From assembly GCA_964633865.1 (NCBI GenBank), contig CAZWIJ010000007.1, positions 20,711 through 84,710 of the forward strand: a stretch of 64,000 nucleotides of DNA, in the 5' to 3' direction. The stretch's first letter is position 1; every line of letters begins with the position of its first letter. Origin of the DNA: an uncultured Candidatus Saccharibacteria bacterium. GTDB lineage: Bacteria; Patescibacteriota; Minisyncoccia; SW-4-49-11. A model generated the notes under the pieces. That model had not been told where the DNA came from. It did no database searches and saw only the letters and a program-made list of their open reading frames with translations. Below, piece by piece: positions 42,125-52,316 of the stretch. The position numbers were made by a program, and so were the translations under genes.

Positions 42125-43963
42125 ATGATCCAAAAGTTATCACAAAGAGTAATAAATCAAATTGCAGCAGGAGAAGTCGTAGAAAGACCAGCTTCTGTAG
42201 TAAAAGAGTTAATGGAAAATTCTATTGATGCAAAGGCTAATAAAATTATAGTTAGAGTTCTGGATGGTGGAAGAGAAGAAATCATTATAGAAGATGATGG
42301 TTTAGGAATATCTTTGGATGATTTACCGAATGTGTTTGAGCCTAATGCTACTAGTAAATTAGTTGATATAGAAGATCTGAATCATATCAATACTATGGGA
42401 TTTCGGGGGGAGGCTTTAGCAAGTATATCAGCTGTATGTCAAGTTGTTTTGGAAACAAAATATTTAGATGATAAAAATGCTTACAGATTGATAAAGGAAG
42501 GGCAGAAAATTTCAGATATACAAAAAATAGTACTTTTGAATCATGGAACAAAGTTAAAAATTAGCAAAATATTTTTTAATGTTCCAGCAAGACGAAAATT
42601 CTTGAAAGGTAGATCAACTGAACTTTCCCATATAATTAATGTTATTCAGAATATTGCTTTAATTAATCCAGCAAAACATATTCAGTTTTATTCAGATAAT
42701 AAGATTCTTTATAATTATGAACCATTATCAAAAAAAGAAAAGTTTGCTAAAATCTTTAATATTGCAAAAAATGAATATATATTTGACTTGGAATATTTAG
42801 GTAAAGATATTCAGGTAGAAGGAGTTATTACACACCCTATTTTAGCTAAAAAATCTAACAATTCTAAGGTTTTTGTAAATGATAGACCTATAAATAGCTC
42901 ATTAATCCAAAAAGCAGTTCAAACAGGTTATGACACTATGTTAGAAGTCGGACATTACCCATTATTTATGGTAAATATTAAACTACCTGCAGATCAAGTA
43001 GACATAAATGTTCATCCTCGTAAAACAGAAGTTAAGTTTATTGACGAAAAAGCTATTTTTTCACAAGTTAAATTTGCAATCAAAGAGTCATTATCCAAGC
43101 AGGCTTTTAGACCTAAAATTACTCCAGATGAGCATTTTCATAACAAAAAAGAATTAATTGATACTGGTAATTCAAATAACAAAATACCAGATGAAATATA
43201 TTTTAATACAATTTCTTATAAAGATAAAAAAAATAATTTTATTAATAATTCTATTACAAAACCTGATAAGTCTAATATTGTTAAAGAAACTAAAGATATT
43301 TATCAAAATCCATTTAGAAAACAAATATCACAGAATACAAATATTGTAGAGTACGAGCAGACTTCATTTAAAGATAAATTGACTCCTAGTAATGAAAATT
43401 ATGATATAAATTATATTCATATTTTTGATACTTATATTGTGTACAAAAATCAAGATGGATTAATAGTTCTTGATCAGCATGCTGTACATGAGAAAATTTT
43501 GTTAGAAAAAATGTTAAGTAATCCTGATGAAATTAAATCTCAAAATCTATTTTTACCAATAGAAATTCAAATTATGGATCAGGATAAAGATTTAGTTCTT
43601 ACTAATTTAAATAATTTAGTAGGAATTGAAGCAGAAGATTTTGGTTCAGGGAGTATTGTCATTAGAAGTGTACCAATTTTTTTAAATAAATATTCCAAGT
43701 TAGAAATAGTTTTACAAGATATTATAGATAAAATTATTGAGTCAAAAGGAGCTGTAGATATTCAAAATTTAAAAAACGATCTTTATAAAACAATAGCCTG
43801 TAAATCAGCTATCAAAGCTGGATATAAAATCACGAAAGAAGAGATAATAGAGCTTATTTCACAAGCACAAAATACAAATTCAAGTTTTACTTGTTGCCAT
43901 GGCAGACCAACTATGTTCCAACTTGAGCAAAATTGGTTTGAAAAGATGTTTTCCCGCAAGTAA
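42125..43963 (+). CDS. mutL: DNA mismatch repair endonuclease MutL
   Basis: IAAGEVVERPASVVKEL, GFRGEALASI, DQHAVHEK, ACK and CCHGRP. Confidence 0.97.
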   Translation: MIQKLSQRVINQIAAGEVVERPASVVKELMENSIDAKANKIIVRVLDGGREEIIIEDDGLGISLDDLPNVFEPNATSKLVDIEDLNHINTMGFRGEALASISAVCQVVLETKYLDDKNAYRLIKEGQKISDIQKIVLLNHGTKLKISKIFFNVPARRKFLKGRSTELSHIINVIQNIALINPAKHIQFYSDNKILYNYEPLSKKEKFAKIFNIAKNEYIFDLEYLGKDIQVEGVITHPILAKKSNNSKVFVNDRPINSSLIQKAVQTGYDTMLEVGHYPLFMVNIKLPADQVDINVHPRKTEVKFIDEKAIFSQVKFAIKESLSKQAFRPKITPDEHFHNKKELIDTGNSNNKIPDEIYFNTISYKDKKNNFINNSITKPDKSNIVKETKDIYQNPFRKQISQNTNIVEYEQTSFKDKLTPSNENYDINYIHIFDTYIVYKNQDGLIVLDQHAVHEKILLEKMLSNPDEIKSQNLFLPIEIQIMDQDKDLVLTNLNNLVGIEAEDFGSGSIVIRSVPIFLNKYSKLEIVLQDIIDKIIESKGAVDIQNLKNDLYKTIACKSAIKAGYKITKEEIIELISQAQNTNSSFTCCHGRPTMFQLEQNWFEKMFSRK

Positions 43964-44056
43964 AATAGACTTATACAGTTAAGTATAAGCCTTTTATTCG
44001 ATTAACATGATAGATATAATTACACAGAAGAACTATTTTATGGAAATGGAATTTAT

Positions 44057-44584
44057 TCATAGCAAGTTTAAATAATCTAATGCAAGATACCCACCTTGAA
44101 TATTAGTCATTTGTCCAGATCTAAGAATTAGACGAAAACTATCTAAAGAAACAGTTTCAATCTCGATAAATTCATTAGGATCAAGTCTTTGTTTCTGTAC
44201 TTGGATTGCTTTTTGACATACAAATACAGAGTTTTTGGCTTGGGAATAAGAATTTTCCCAATAATCAGTTACTTTTGTGAATTCACCAGTAAATCCAGTT
44301 TCTTCCAACAATTCTCTTTTCGCTGATTCTACAGATTCTTGTCCTTCTTCCAAAAAACCACCAGGTAATTCTGAGAGTGTTTTTTCAGGTCCAGGACGGA
44401 ATTGTTTTACCAATACGATTTCTAAATTATTTGTGATTGCTAAGATGCAGACTGCATTACTTTCTTTTTTGATATAAAAGTCACTAATAGCACCATTTGG
44501 TAGTAAGAAGTCAACTTTTTCTATCCCACGATAATATTTTTTAAATATCATCTCCCTTGATAAAGGTTCCCAATTTTTGATCAT
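44057..44584 (-). CDS. NUDIX hydrolase (ADP-ribose pyrophosphatase-like)
   Basis: KQFRP, ELPGG......ESAKRELLEETGF and LDPNEFIE. Confidence 0.92.
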   Translation of the reverse strand: MIKNWEPLSREMIFKKYYRGIEKVDFLLPNGAISDFYIKKESNAVCILAITNNLEIVLVKQFRPGPEKTLSELPGGFLEEGQESVESAKRELLEETGFTGEFTKVTDYWENSYSQAKNSVFVCQKAIQVQKQRLDPNEFIEIETVSLDSFRLILRSGQMTNIQGGYLALDYLNLL

Positions 44585-44810
44585 TACTTTTTCTAAAATA
44601 AAAGGTTCAAATTTATTTTAATATTAATATTCAAATAAGTCAAGTAAAAACAAAAATTCATAAAGATAGGTAGAAATTATTAAGAAATAAGATATAAGCA
44701 AAGAATACAGTATTATTTCAAATGTATCAATATTTGTTGACTAAATTAAAGAAATATCTCAAACAAAAAACCGAGTAAATTAATACTCGGTATAATATTT
44801 TACTAGAATT

Positions 44811-46010
44811 TTATTCTATTTTATCTTCCCCAAATTTTTGGATGAACAAATTTTTAGTTTCCTCAGAAAGTTTTGAGTCGAGGTAAATTGTAAACCCAAC
44901 ATAATCAGGTAAATTCCCTTTGAATGATTCAAGAGACCTTAAATCTAAATCCCCCCCAACATGTTTAGGAAAATCTCCCTCATATGATTCAAGAGACCTT
45001 AAATTTAAATACCCTCCAACATGTTTAGGAAAATCTCCCTCATATGATTCAAGAGATTCTAAATTTAAACTCGCCCTAACATGTTTAGGAAAATCTCCCT
45101 CATATGATTTAAGAGATCTTAAATCTAAATCCCCCAAATGATAAACAATATCTCCAGATAAAGCTTCTTCTTTAGTAAAGCTAATCTGGTTTGGGTTACA
45201 TCCAAAAATGAAAACAAGATCTGTTCTTTTAGTATTTTCATCTTTAGAATCTAAAATCTCCTGTAGTCTAGGATCTCTCCCATAACCAAAGCCTTGAATC
45301 TTATTATCAATCTCATAAAGAAATCTCAATTCATCTTTATTAAGAGAAATTTTATTCTCCCATTTTTCATAAATTTGAGTTAGAAGTTTCATATCCGAGG
45401 CTTGTTTTTGGTATTCATCCGCAACAGAGCCAAATTCCTTAAATTTTTCTTCCAGTACAGGAAGAATATAAGGATCAAGGTTTTGCTTAGGAGCAATACC
45501 TCTTGGATTACATATTGGAAATGGTGATACAGTACTTTTCGTTCTTGTTTTGAAAACACAAGAATTTACTGTACCATCTTCACTCATTTCTTTTTATAAT
45601 TGCCCCATTTTGATAATGGAGAATAAAATCCAAACCTTAACTCAAATAGGATAATTCGCATCAAGACAAGTTAGATAGTCTAACCAAGCCTGAAGGCTAT
45701 TAAATTGATCCTCAATAATCTGAGAATTTTTCTTGGTGATAAACTCTTTAGTTATTGGGATCTTACCATGACCTTGCTCAAATAAAATATCTTGTTCCAA
45801 TTTATAAGTTGAATAGGGGATATTCTCTGATTTGATAATATAAGTTTGGATAAATTCTTTTTGAAAATCTTCTTGATTCCAGATAGAAGAAATTTTTTCT
45901 ACAAAATTACTAATTCGGATAATAGGATCTTTGTGATCACTAAAACGAATAATTAACTCTTCTTCTGCAATAGATTTATTCCAGTCATATAAAAATTTAG
46001 CGAAACTCAT
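44811..46010 (-). pseudogene. LRR-like repeat protein gene interrupted by in-frame TGA and TAA
   Basis: ORFs 45642..46010 and 44811..45587 share a frame: ...DANYPI*VKVWILFSIIKMGQL*KEMSE... The distal part may still be expressed. Confidence 0.7.
44897..45136 (-). repeat. 60-bp (20-aa) tandem repeat, about 4 copies
   Basis: G.L.L.SLESYEGDFPKHV units, near-identical at the DNA level. Confidence 0.92.
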
Positions 46011-46132
46011 AGTTTTACCTGATAAAGTGCGAGTTCATTATATAATAATCTTATGTTTTTGTCAAGTTTTAATGACAAAAAGAAATATATTCCCAAACAA
46101 AAAACCGAGTAATTTAATACTCGGAATATATT

Positions 46133-46957
46133 TTAATTGAAGACTACTTTATCACCAAATTTTTGAATGAATAAATTTTTAGTTTCCTCGGAAAGTTTTG
46201 AGTTGAGAAAAATAAAATTATAGACATAATCAGGAAGATTACCTTGAAATGACATTAGATTTCGTAAATATAAACAATCACCAATATGCTTAGGAAGATC
46301 ACTTTTGAGGAATGAAATAGAGTCTAAAATTAAACTTGACCCAACATACTTAGGTAAATTGCCTTCGAAATATTGAAGAGATCTTAAATCTAAATCACTT
46401 CCAATGTATTCAGGGAAATTACTTTCGAAAAAGTCAAAATCAAAACATCCTAAATCTAAATCTAAATCTAAATCATACCCAACATACTTAGGTAAATTAC
46501 CTTTCATAAATCGAAGGGCTGGCAAACTTAAATGCAAGCCAACATATTCAGGTAAGTTACCTTTGAATGATTCAAGATAATTTAGATATACCTCTCCACA
46601 AACATATTTGGGTAAATTACCTTCGAATAATTCCAGCTCACGTAAAACTAAATCTCCCCAATGATAAACAATCTCACCAGAGATAGCTTCATCGTTAGTC
46701 AAGCTAATCTGGTTTGGATTACATCCAAAAATGTAACTCAAACCTGTTCTTTTAACATCCTCATCTTTAGAATTTAAAATTTCATTTATTGTTAGATCTT
46801 TTATATATCCAAAACCTTTAATTTTTTTCTCATACATTAAAATTAATTCTTTATTTCTTTCAAAAGAAAAGTTAGTTCTCAATCTAAAATAAATCTCAGT
46901 CAATAATTTAATATCAGAAGATTCTTCTTTGTAATTTAGACAAAACTCAGATTTCAT
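46133..46957 (-). CDS. LRR-like 20-aa repeat protein; tandem paralog of 44811..45587
   Basis: Shares IFGCNPNQIS, L.L..L..F.GNLP.YV repeats and SKLSEETKNLFIQKFG. Confidence 0.85.
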   Translation of the reverse strand: MKSEFCLNYKEESSDIKLLTEIYFRLRTNFSFERNKELILMYEKKIKGFGYIKDLTINEILNSKDEDVKRTGLSYIFGCNPNQISLTNDEAISGEIVYHWGDLVLRELELFEGNLPKYVCGEVYLNYLESFKGNLPEYVGLHLSLPALRFMKGNLPKYVGYDLDLDLDLGCFDFDFFESNFPEYIGSDLDLRSLQYFEGNLPKYVGSSLILDSISFLKSDLPKHIGDCLYLRNLMSFQGNLPDYVYNFIFLNSKLSEETKNLFIQKFGDKVVFN

Positions 46958-47079
46958 AATCTTTGACTTTGGTAAAGTGCGAATTTATTATATAATAATC
47001 TTATATTTTTGTCAAGTTTTAATGACAGAAAAATAAAAAATCCCAATAATAAACTGAGACTTTTTATAATTTCATTGAT

Positions 47080-47517
47080 TTATATTTTTTTCAAAACTTC
47101 TTTGCTAACTAAATCATCGTAATTTTTGGAAAGAATTTTTTCTAAGTCGTCAAGACCCGCATAATCCTTATGCTTTAAAAAAGCAAATACAACATCAGGT
47201 AATTTTTTTTGTTTAGTATCAATCAAAGTAAATGCTGTGTCTACTCTTTTCTCTGGATCCATATCTAGAAACCAATCTGAATTATGTTTCTTTTTTTCTA
47301 AATTAGGTTTGGCTTCAGTTATTACTTGATCATTGTTTAGAATCTCTAAGGCATCTTGTCTAGCTTGCTCTATTTCTTTTTGAACATTTTCTGAATTTAT
47401 AGACATCTGTTCATTAGATATAATTTTTTTCTTAGATTGTAATTCTAAATTGGGAGATTCTTTCTCGTTGGAATCAGAAGTTGTTTCAATAGTTTTACCA
47501 AAATTAAATTCGGACAT
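47080..47517 (-). CDS. Hypothetical protein
   Basis: 145-aa ORF with an acidic N-terminus and helical C-terminus. Confidence 0.7.
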   Translation of the reverse strand: MSEFNFGKTIETTSDSNEKESPNLELQSKKKIISNEQMSINSENVQKEIEQARQDALEILNNDQVITEAKPNLEKKKHNSDWFLDMDPEKRVDTAFTLIDTKQKKLPDVVFAFLKHKDYAGLDDLEKILSKNYDDLVSKEVLKKI

Positions 47518-47566
47518 ATTATTTAAATTTAGTCAATAAATTATAATAATTCTATCATAAAATTAA

Positions 47567-49357
47567 TTAATTGTCAATTTTATAGATCAAAATTGAATTT
47601 CCTATTATTTCTGTTGGGGTTTTCCATTTCAACCATTCATAGTCAGCTTCTGATTCTCCAATTTGTTTTTTATAAAAAGAATCTTGAAATTTAGAAGCAC
47701 TGATTGCTATATATTCTCCTTTTACTTCTCCTTTCTCAGGATAAAAAGGTTTATATTTATCTCCAAGATAAACTTCTGCATTATATGATCCAAAAAAATC
47801 TAAATAAATTGAGTCTAAATTTTTTTCGTCCATCCAAATCTCTAATCTTTTTAAATCTTGTCCCCAATCTATATTAGAATCTGTAAATACTTGATAACCA
47901 AGATCAGAATTTCCTATAAGAAGGTTAAAATGAGATATATAATGGGGGAAAGTTATAAAAGGGGTTACTGAGTACCAAACAATTAAAATAGCTATAATTT
48001 GGTTAGAAAATTTTAAATAAACCAGATAATTTATTATGAAGTAAGAAATTAAGATATATGTTAGAGGTAGTACAGGTAATATGTGTCTAATTCCTAGATT
48101 TAAATTACCAGAAATACTAATACCCCAGTAGAAAATAATTATTAGTAATAATATAATTGGGTAAATACTTTTATTATCATAAATATTTTGAAAATAGTTT
48201 AGAGATTTCTTACCAAGAGATAAAATAACAAATACGAAGGTCATTATAGTTGTTCCTAAAAGAATTAAAATAGATAAAGGCTCTTTAAAAATATAAGTGA
48301 GTGGAAAATACCAAAGAAAGCTTTGATTAGTAAATTGTCCTAAAAGAAATGTATTGTTTCCTCCACTTACTCTTTGTATAACCATAAATTGACCTAATAA
48401 ATAGTGTCCAAATTGTTTGGTTAATGGATTTGAAACAGCAGTAGTCAGTATGGATTTTGTTATATCAGAAATTTGATTATCTGATACAAAAGATTTTTCT
48501 ATTAAAGATATTTGAGTTTCAGTTGTTATTTTATAATTTATAGGTTGATATACCAAACTTATTCCAAAAAACATAATTACTACAAAGATTAAACTATGTT
48601 TTATGGCTAAAATAAATCTTTGTAAAAACATTTTTTTATAATAAAGATAGTTATAAATTAGCCAGATTAGTATGAATAAAGGAAATAGCATAACAATAGA
48701 AAATTTGGATAGCATTCCAAATACTAAAACTAAAGATAGTATAAGTATATTTTTGGTTGATGAATTTTTTAAATACCTAGAAAACCAATCGGCAATCATA
48801 ATGAATGATAAAGTAGAAATTGTATCTGTTGTAACTAATCTACTATGAGCAATAATATTGGGTGAAAAAGCTGTAAATATTCCTGATAATAGGGCGATCT
48901 TCTTGCTTTTTGTGTGGTGATAGACTGAATAGATCACATACCATACCAAAATCAAAAAGATAATTACATTAGGGATTCTCGCAAAGAAAACCATTAAGTC
49001 AGTTGGATTACCTGATTTAAACAGAAATTCTTGCCCCATAAACCACTGTTGATTAGGATTTACTTCCCAATTTGGAGAATTAGTATCAAAATTCAAGTTT
49101 ATTTTAGAATCAAGAGCCTTCATAGATAAACCTGACAGAACTTTTAAGAGTGGGGGATGTTCTGGATTTAATCTATAATCTTGAGTTTCTACATAAGAGT
49201 ATCCAGATGCAATATGAGAAACTTCGTCAACTGTTACTGAATCTCCTAACATACTCCAGATCATTAAAGGAGTGATTAGTAAAATTATAGCTAAATAGTA
49301 GATGAATAAATTGATTTTTTTTAATTTATTGTACAGGTTCTGTGCTAGGTTGTTCAT
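47567..49357 (-). CDS. GT-C glycosyltransferase (PMT/ArnT, family 39-like)
   Basis: TVDE..HI.SGY, LNPEHPPL.K, AHSRLVTTD, G.RHILP and DSN.DWGQDL. Confidence 0.88.
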   Translation of the reverse strand: MNNLAQNLYNKLKKINLFIYYLAIILLITPLMIWSMLGDSVTVDEVSHIASGYSYVETQDYRLNPEHPPLLKVLSGLSMKALDSKINLNFDTNSPNWEVNPNQQWFMGQEFLFKSGNPTDLMVFFARIPNVIIFLILVWYVIYSVYHHTKSKKIALLSGIFTAFSPNIIAHSRLVTTDTISTLSFIMIADWFSRYLKNSSTKNILILSLVLVFGMLSKFSIVMLFPLFILIWLIYNYLYYKKMFLQRFILAIKHSLIFVVIMFFGISLVYQPINYKITTETQISLIEKSFVSDNQISDITKSILTTAVSNPLTKQFGHYLLGQFMVIQRVSGGNNTFLLGQFTNQSFLWYFPLTYIFKEPLSILILLGTTIMTFVFVILSLGKKSLNYFQNIYDNKSIYPIILLLIIIFYWGISISGNLNLGIRHILPVLPLTYILISYFIINYLVYLKFSNQIIAILIVWYSVTPFITFPHYISHFNLLIGNSDLGYQVFTDSNIDWGQDLKRLEIWMDEKNLDSIYLDFFGSYNAEVYLGDKYKPFYPEKGEVKGEYIAISASKFQDSFYKKQIGESEADYEWLKWKTPTEIIGNSILIYKIDN

Positions 49358-50222
49358 TTTGAATCTCTTTTAATTTATAATAAACTCTATTTTTTATCCT
49401 AATATCTATATACTCTAAAGAATTTATAATCTCAGGCTTAATAATTTGAGCAAAAGCTATCTTCAAAGACTCTGCTTGATATATAATATCAGTTTCTGAG
49501 TCAATTTTCAAATAATAATCGGGTTCTAAGTATAAATTCACATTAAATATTTGGTTTGAATATCTATTTTTTATTTCTAAATATTTTATTTTTAGTGATA
49601 AATTATCTTTATAAATTTTATATAAACTTTTTATCCATAACATTTCTTTTTGACTAAATATAGCTTCTCTTGGGTTGATTACCCGATTTTCTTTGATTAA
49701 AGGTAATTCTGCTAATTCTGAAGGATCAATATTTTGAATCACAGAACCATCATCAGCTATAATTCCACATAGATTATCATTGTTGCAAAGATAAAGTGTT
49801 GGATTTTTTTCTTGAATATTGATGGAAATGGTTTTATCTAAAATGTTTTTTGAGATTTCGACATTAGATACCGAAGGTAAGTTTTTATAAATTAAGTCCG
49901 CAAGTTTTTTTTCTGATAAAAATAAAATATTTTCTTGATTCAAAATCTTAGAATCTTTTTTTAAACTTTCTCTTAAGATTAGATTAAAAGAATTGATATC
50001 AAAATTTTGTTTATAAACTGGTGTTTGTTCAAATACAAATTCCTTAATAGTTAGGGAAGGTTCTTTATTTATGAGATAAAACGCTAAAATAATTAATGAT
50101 AATAGTAATATTAACAAAAAGTTTAATACTCTTCTTAAAAATTTTATCTTATTATTTTTTTTTATAACCTTTTTATCTACTTTGATTGTAGGTCTATAAA
50201 GTCTTCTTCTATATTGATTCAT
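49326..50222 (-). CDS. FtsQ/DivIB-like cell division protein
   Basis: Basic N-terminus, single TM segment, POTRA-like region and YIDIR..NRVYYK. Confidence 0.7.
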   Translation of the reverse strand: MNQYRRRLYRPTIKVDKKVIKKNNKIKFLRRVLNFLLILLLSLIILAFYLINKEPSLTIKEFVFEQTPVYKQNFDINSFNLILRESLKKDSKILNQENILFLSEKKLADLIYKNLPSVSNVEISKNILDKTISINIQEKNPTLYLCNNDNLCGIIADDGSVIQNIDPSELAELPLIKENRVINPREAIFSQKEMLWIKSLYKIYKDNLSLKIKYLEIKNRYSNQIFNVNLYLEPDYYLKIDSETDIIYQAESLKIAFAQIIKPEIINSLEYIDIRIKNRVYYKLKEIQNEQPSTEPVQ

Positions 50223-50224
50223 AA

Positions 50225-50587
50225 TTATTGACAGGTTTTAGATAAAGTTAGTCCTAGAGATTGAGCTTCTTCTTCAGTTTGGAAATAAACTTTATTTTCA
50301 TCTTTTATTCTATTTGAACCAGAACAACCAGCTGTATAATACACTTTTCCAGATTTACTTGCAATTATTGATTTTGAAGGAATTGTTGGTTCATTAGCTG
50401 GAGGCTTTTCACTAGATTCTTTTTCTTCGTTTATTATAGCAGACTCATTAGGATAGACAATTGAAATATTAGACGCTAAATTACTTGTTTGTTGATTTAA
50501 TCCAATTCTATAAGAAATGATCCCAATTAGTAGAAACGAGATTAGATAAAGAATACCAGATGTGTTATTGACAAAAAAGTGTTTCAT
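50225..50587 (-). CDS. Membrane-anchored protein with an Ada-metal-binding-like C-terminal domain
   Basis: ASKSGKVYY...C....I...NKVYF.T.EEA...G....C. Confidence 0.7.
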   Translation of the reverse strand: MKHFFVNNTSGILYLISFLLIGIISYRIGLNQQTSNLASNISIVYPNESAIINEEKESSEKPPANEPTIPSKSIIASKSGKVYYTAGCSGSNRIKDENKVYFQTEEEAQSLGLTLSKTCQ

Positions 50588-50640
50588 TGATAATATAATA
50601 ACATATTATACTTTATTTGATAATAAGATTATATAAAATT

Positions 50641-50913
50641 ATGGCACATAGAAAAGCAGGTGGTTCTACCAGATTAGGTAGAGATTCAAATCCACAATAC
50701 CTTGGAGTGAAACTCTACGGAGGACAAGTAGTTAAAAAAGGAAATATTATTATTAGACAAAGAGGTCTAAAATTCAGATTAGGAAAAAATGTAGCTCTTG
50801 GAAAAGATGACACAATATTTGCTCTATCTGATGGAATAATTGAATTTGGTAAGAAAAAAGTTACTTTATTTACAGGTAAACAAAAAACTGTTAAGACAGT
50901 ATCTGTAGTATAA
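50641..50913 (+). CDS. rpmA: 50S ribosomal protein L27
   Basis: [16 protein letters not shown]...LGVK...GNIIIRQRG...G.DDTIFA. Confidence 0.97.
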   Translation: MAHRKAGGSTRLGRDSNPQYLGVKLYGGQVVKKGNIIIRQRGLKFRLGKNVALGKDDTIFALSDGIIEFGKKKVTLFTGKQKTVKTVSVV

Positions 50914-51094
50914 CTAAATTTATATTATTCTTTTACTAAAAACACTTCTATATATTAATTATAAGAAGTGTTTTTTTATATAATACTTCTTATGTTTGAA
51001 CCGTTTCTATAAAATAACTATTGACAAAACTAGTTTATTAATATATATTAATTTTGTACAATTTGTTCTTTAAATATTATGGAGACTATGTTGA

Positions 51095-51571
51095 ATGTTA
51101 ATAAAGTCTGTATCTGATAAAGATTTGGCTATACTTGAACACATTGCTTTTGATATACTAGAACCTTTATATGGTGATCAATCTAAATCTCTGTATGAAT
51201 GGGTTTCTGGTGAAGGTTTTAAATATGCTTTTCTTTCTAAATCTGGAGAGGGAGAATATCAAGGATTTATAAGTCTAAAAATTAATCCTTTAAAAGATTA
51301 TGTTAAAATTTCAACCTTCTTTGTCCTACCAAATTTTCGAGGAAATGGTATAGGTAAGAGATTACTTGAGTTTGTCTTTAAATATGTAGTAGATTTAGGT
51401 AAATATAAATATCTAAAAGTTACTATATCGGAAGATAACCCTGAATCATTAGCATTTTTTCAGAAAAATAATTTTGTTTTAACGGACAAAATAGATGGTA
51501 AGTATAAACATAATAAAACTGAATTTATCTTATATAAGGAGATTATTAATGAAAAAGATATTAGGTATTAA
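51095..51571 (+). CDS. GNAT acetyltransferase
   Basis: KISTFFV...FRGNGIG..LL and N..SLAFF.K..F. Confidence 0.85.
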   Translation: MLIKSVSDKDLAILEHIAFDILEPLYGDQSKSLYEWVSGEGFKYAFLSKSGEGEYQGFISLKINPLKDYVKISTFFVLPNFRGNGIGKRLLEFVFKYVVDLGKYKYLKVTISEDNPESLAFFQKNNFVLTDKIDGKYKHNKTEFILYKEIINEKDIRY

Positions 51572-51878
51572 AAAGAAATACTTCTTTGATATAAAGAACA
51601 ATCTAAAGAAATTAGAGGCAAGATGTAATTATTCTAGTTTATCCAGGCTTAATGTTGGTGATGAAATTGAATTTCAATACCAACAAGAAGTTTGTGTAAA
51701 AATTATAAAAGATATCCGTATCTATCATTCAATTGAAGATATGTTAAATAAAGAGAATATAACAAGTCTTTTACCAGGTGTTAACTCCCTTATAGATGCT
51801 TTAAAAATTTATAGTTCAATATATTCAGAAATGAAAGTTAAGAAAAATGGAGGAATGATTGTATTTGAACTTGTTTAG
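51549..51878 (+). CDS. ASCH-domain protein 1
   Basis: YF..IK...KKLEAR, .GD.I.F and Y.S...ML..E....LLP; ATG 51549 overlaps the GNAT 3' end. Confidence 0.85.
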   Translation: MKKILGIKKKYFFDIKNNLKKLEARCNYSSLSRLNVGDEIEFQYQQEVCVKIIKDIRIYHSIEDMLNKENITSLLPGVNSLIDALKIYSSIYSEMKVKKNGGMIVFELV

Positions 51879-51951
51879 GATTTAAAAATTTGTTATAATA
51901 GCTGTAGAGATTGAATCAAATCTCTATTTTTATTTAAATATTAAATAATAT

Positions 51952-52290
51952 ATGAAAAAAATTGAATTTAATGTAAAGGAACCATATTTAAATTTCATTA
52001 AATTAGGAAAGAAGACAATTGAAGGGAGATTAAATAAAGGAAAATTCAAGGACATACAAATAGGAGATATACTAATTCTTTCAGATGGTTCTAAAATGGA
52101 ATTTATTGTTATAGGTAAAAGGTCATATTCCTCTTTTTCAGAAATGTTAATTAAAGAAAATATAAAAAATATTATTCCAGACAAGAATGATTTAGAAGAA
52201 GCCACACAAGTTTATTATAAGTTTTATACTCCCGAGCAAGAAAATAAATTTGGTGTTGTAGCTATAGAGATAAAATTAAAGGAAATATAA
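51952..52290 (+). CDS. ASCH-domain protein 2
   Basis: EPYL.FIKLGKKTIEGRL, IGD, YSSF.EML..E and FYT.EQE.KFGVVAI. Confidence 0.9.
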   Translation: MKKIEFNVKEPYLNFIKLGKKTIEGRLNKGKFKDIQIGDILILSDGSKMEFIVIGKRSYSSFSEMLIKENIKNIIPDKNDLEEATQVYYKFYTPEQENKFGVVAIEIKLKEI

Positions 52291-52316
52291 TATTACCTTA
52301 ATTAAATATACTGTTT

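Noticed and set aside
44897-45136. CRISPR array
   Set aside because: The 60-bp units are contiguous in-frame coding repeats without unique spacers, and no cas genes are present.
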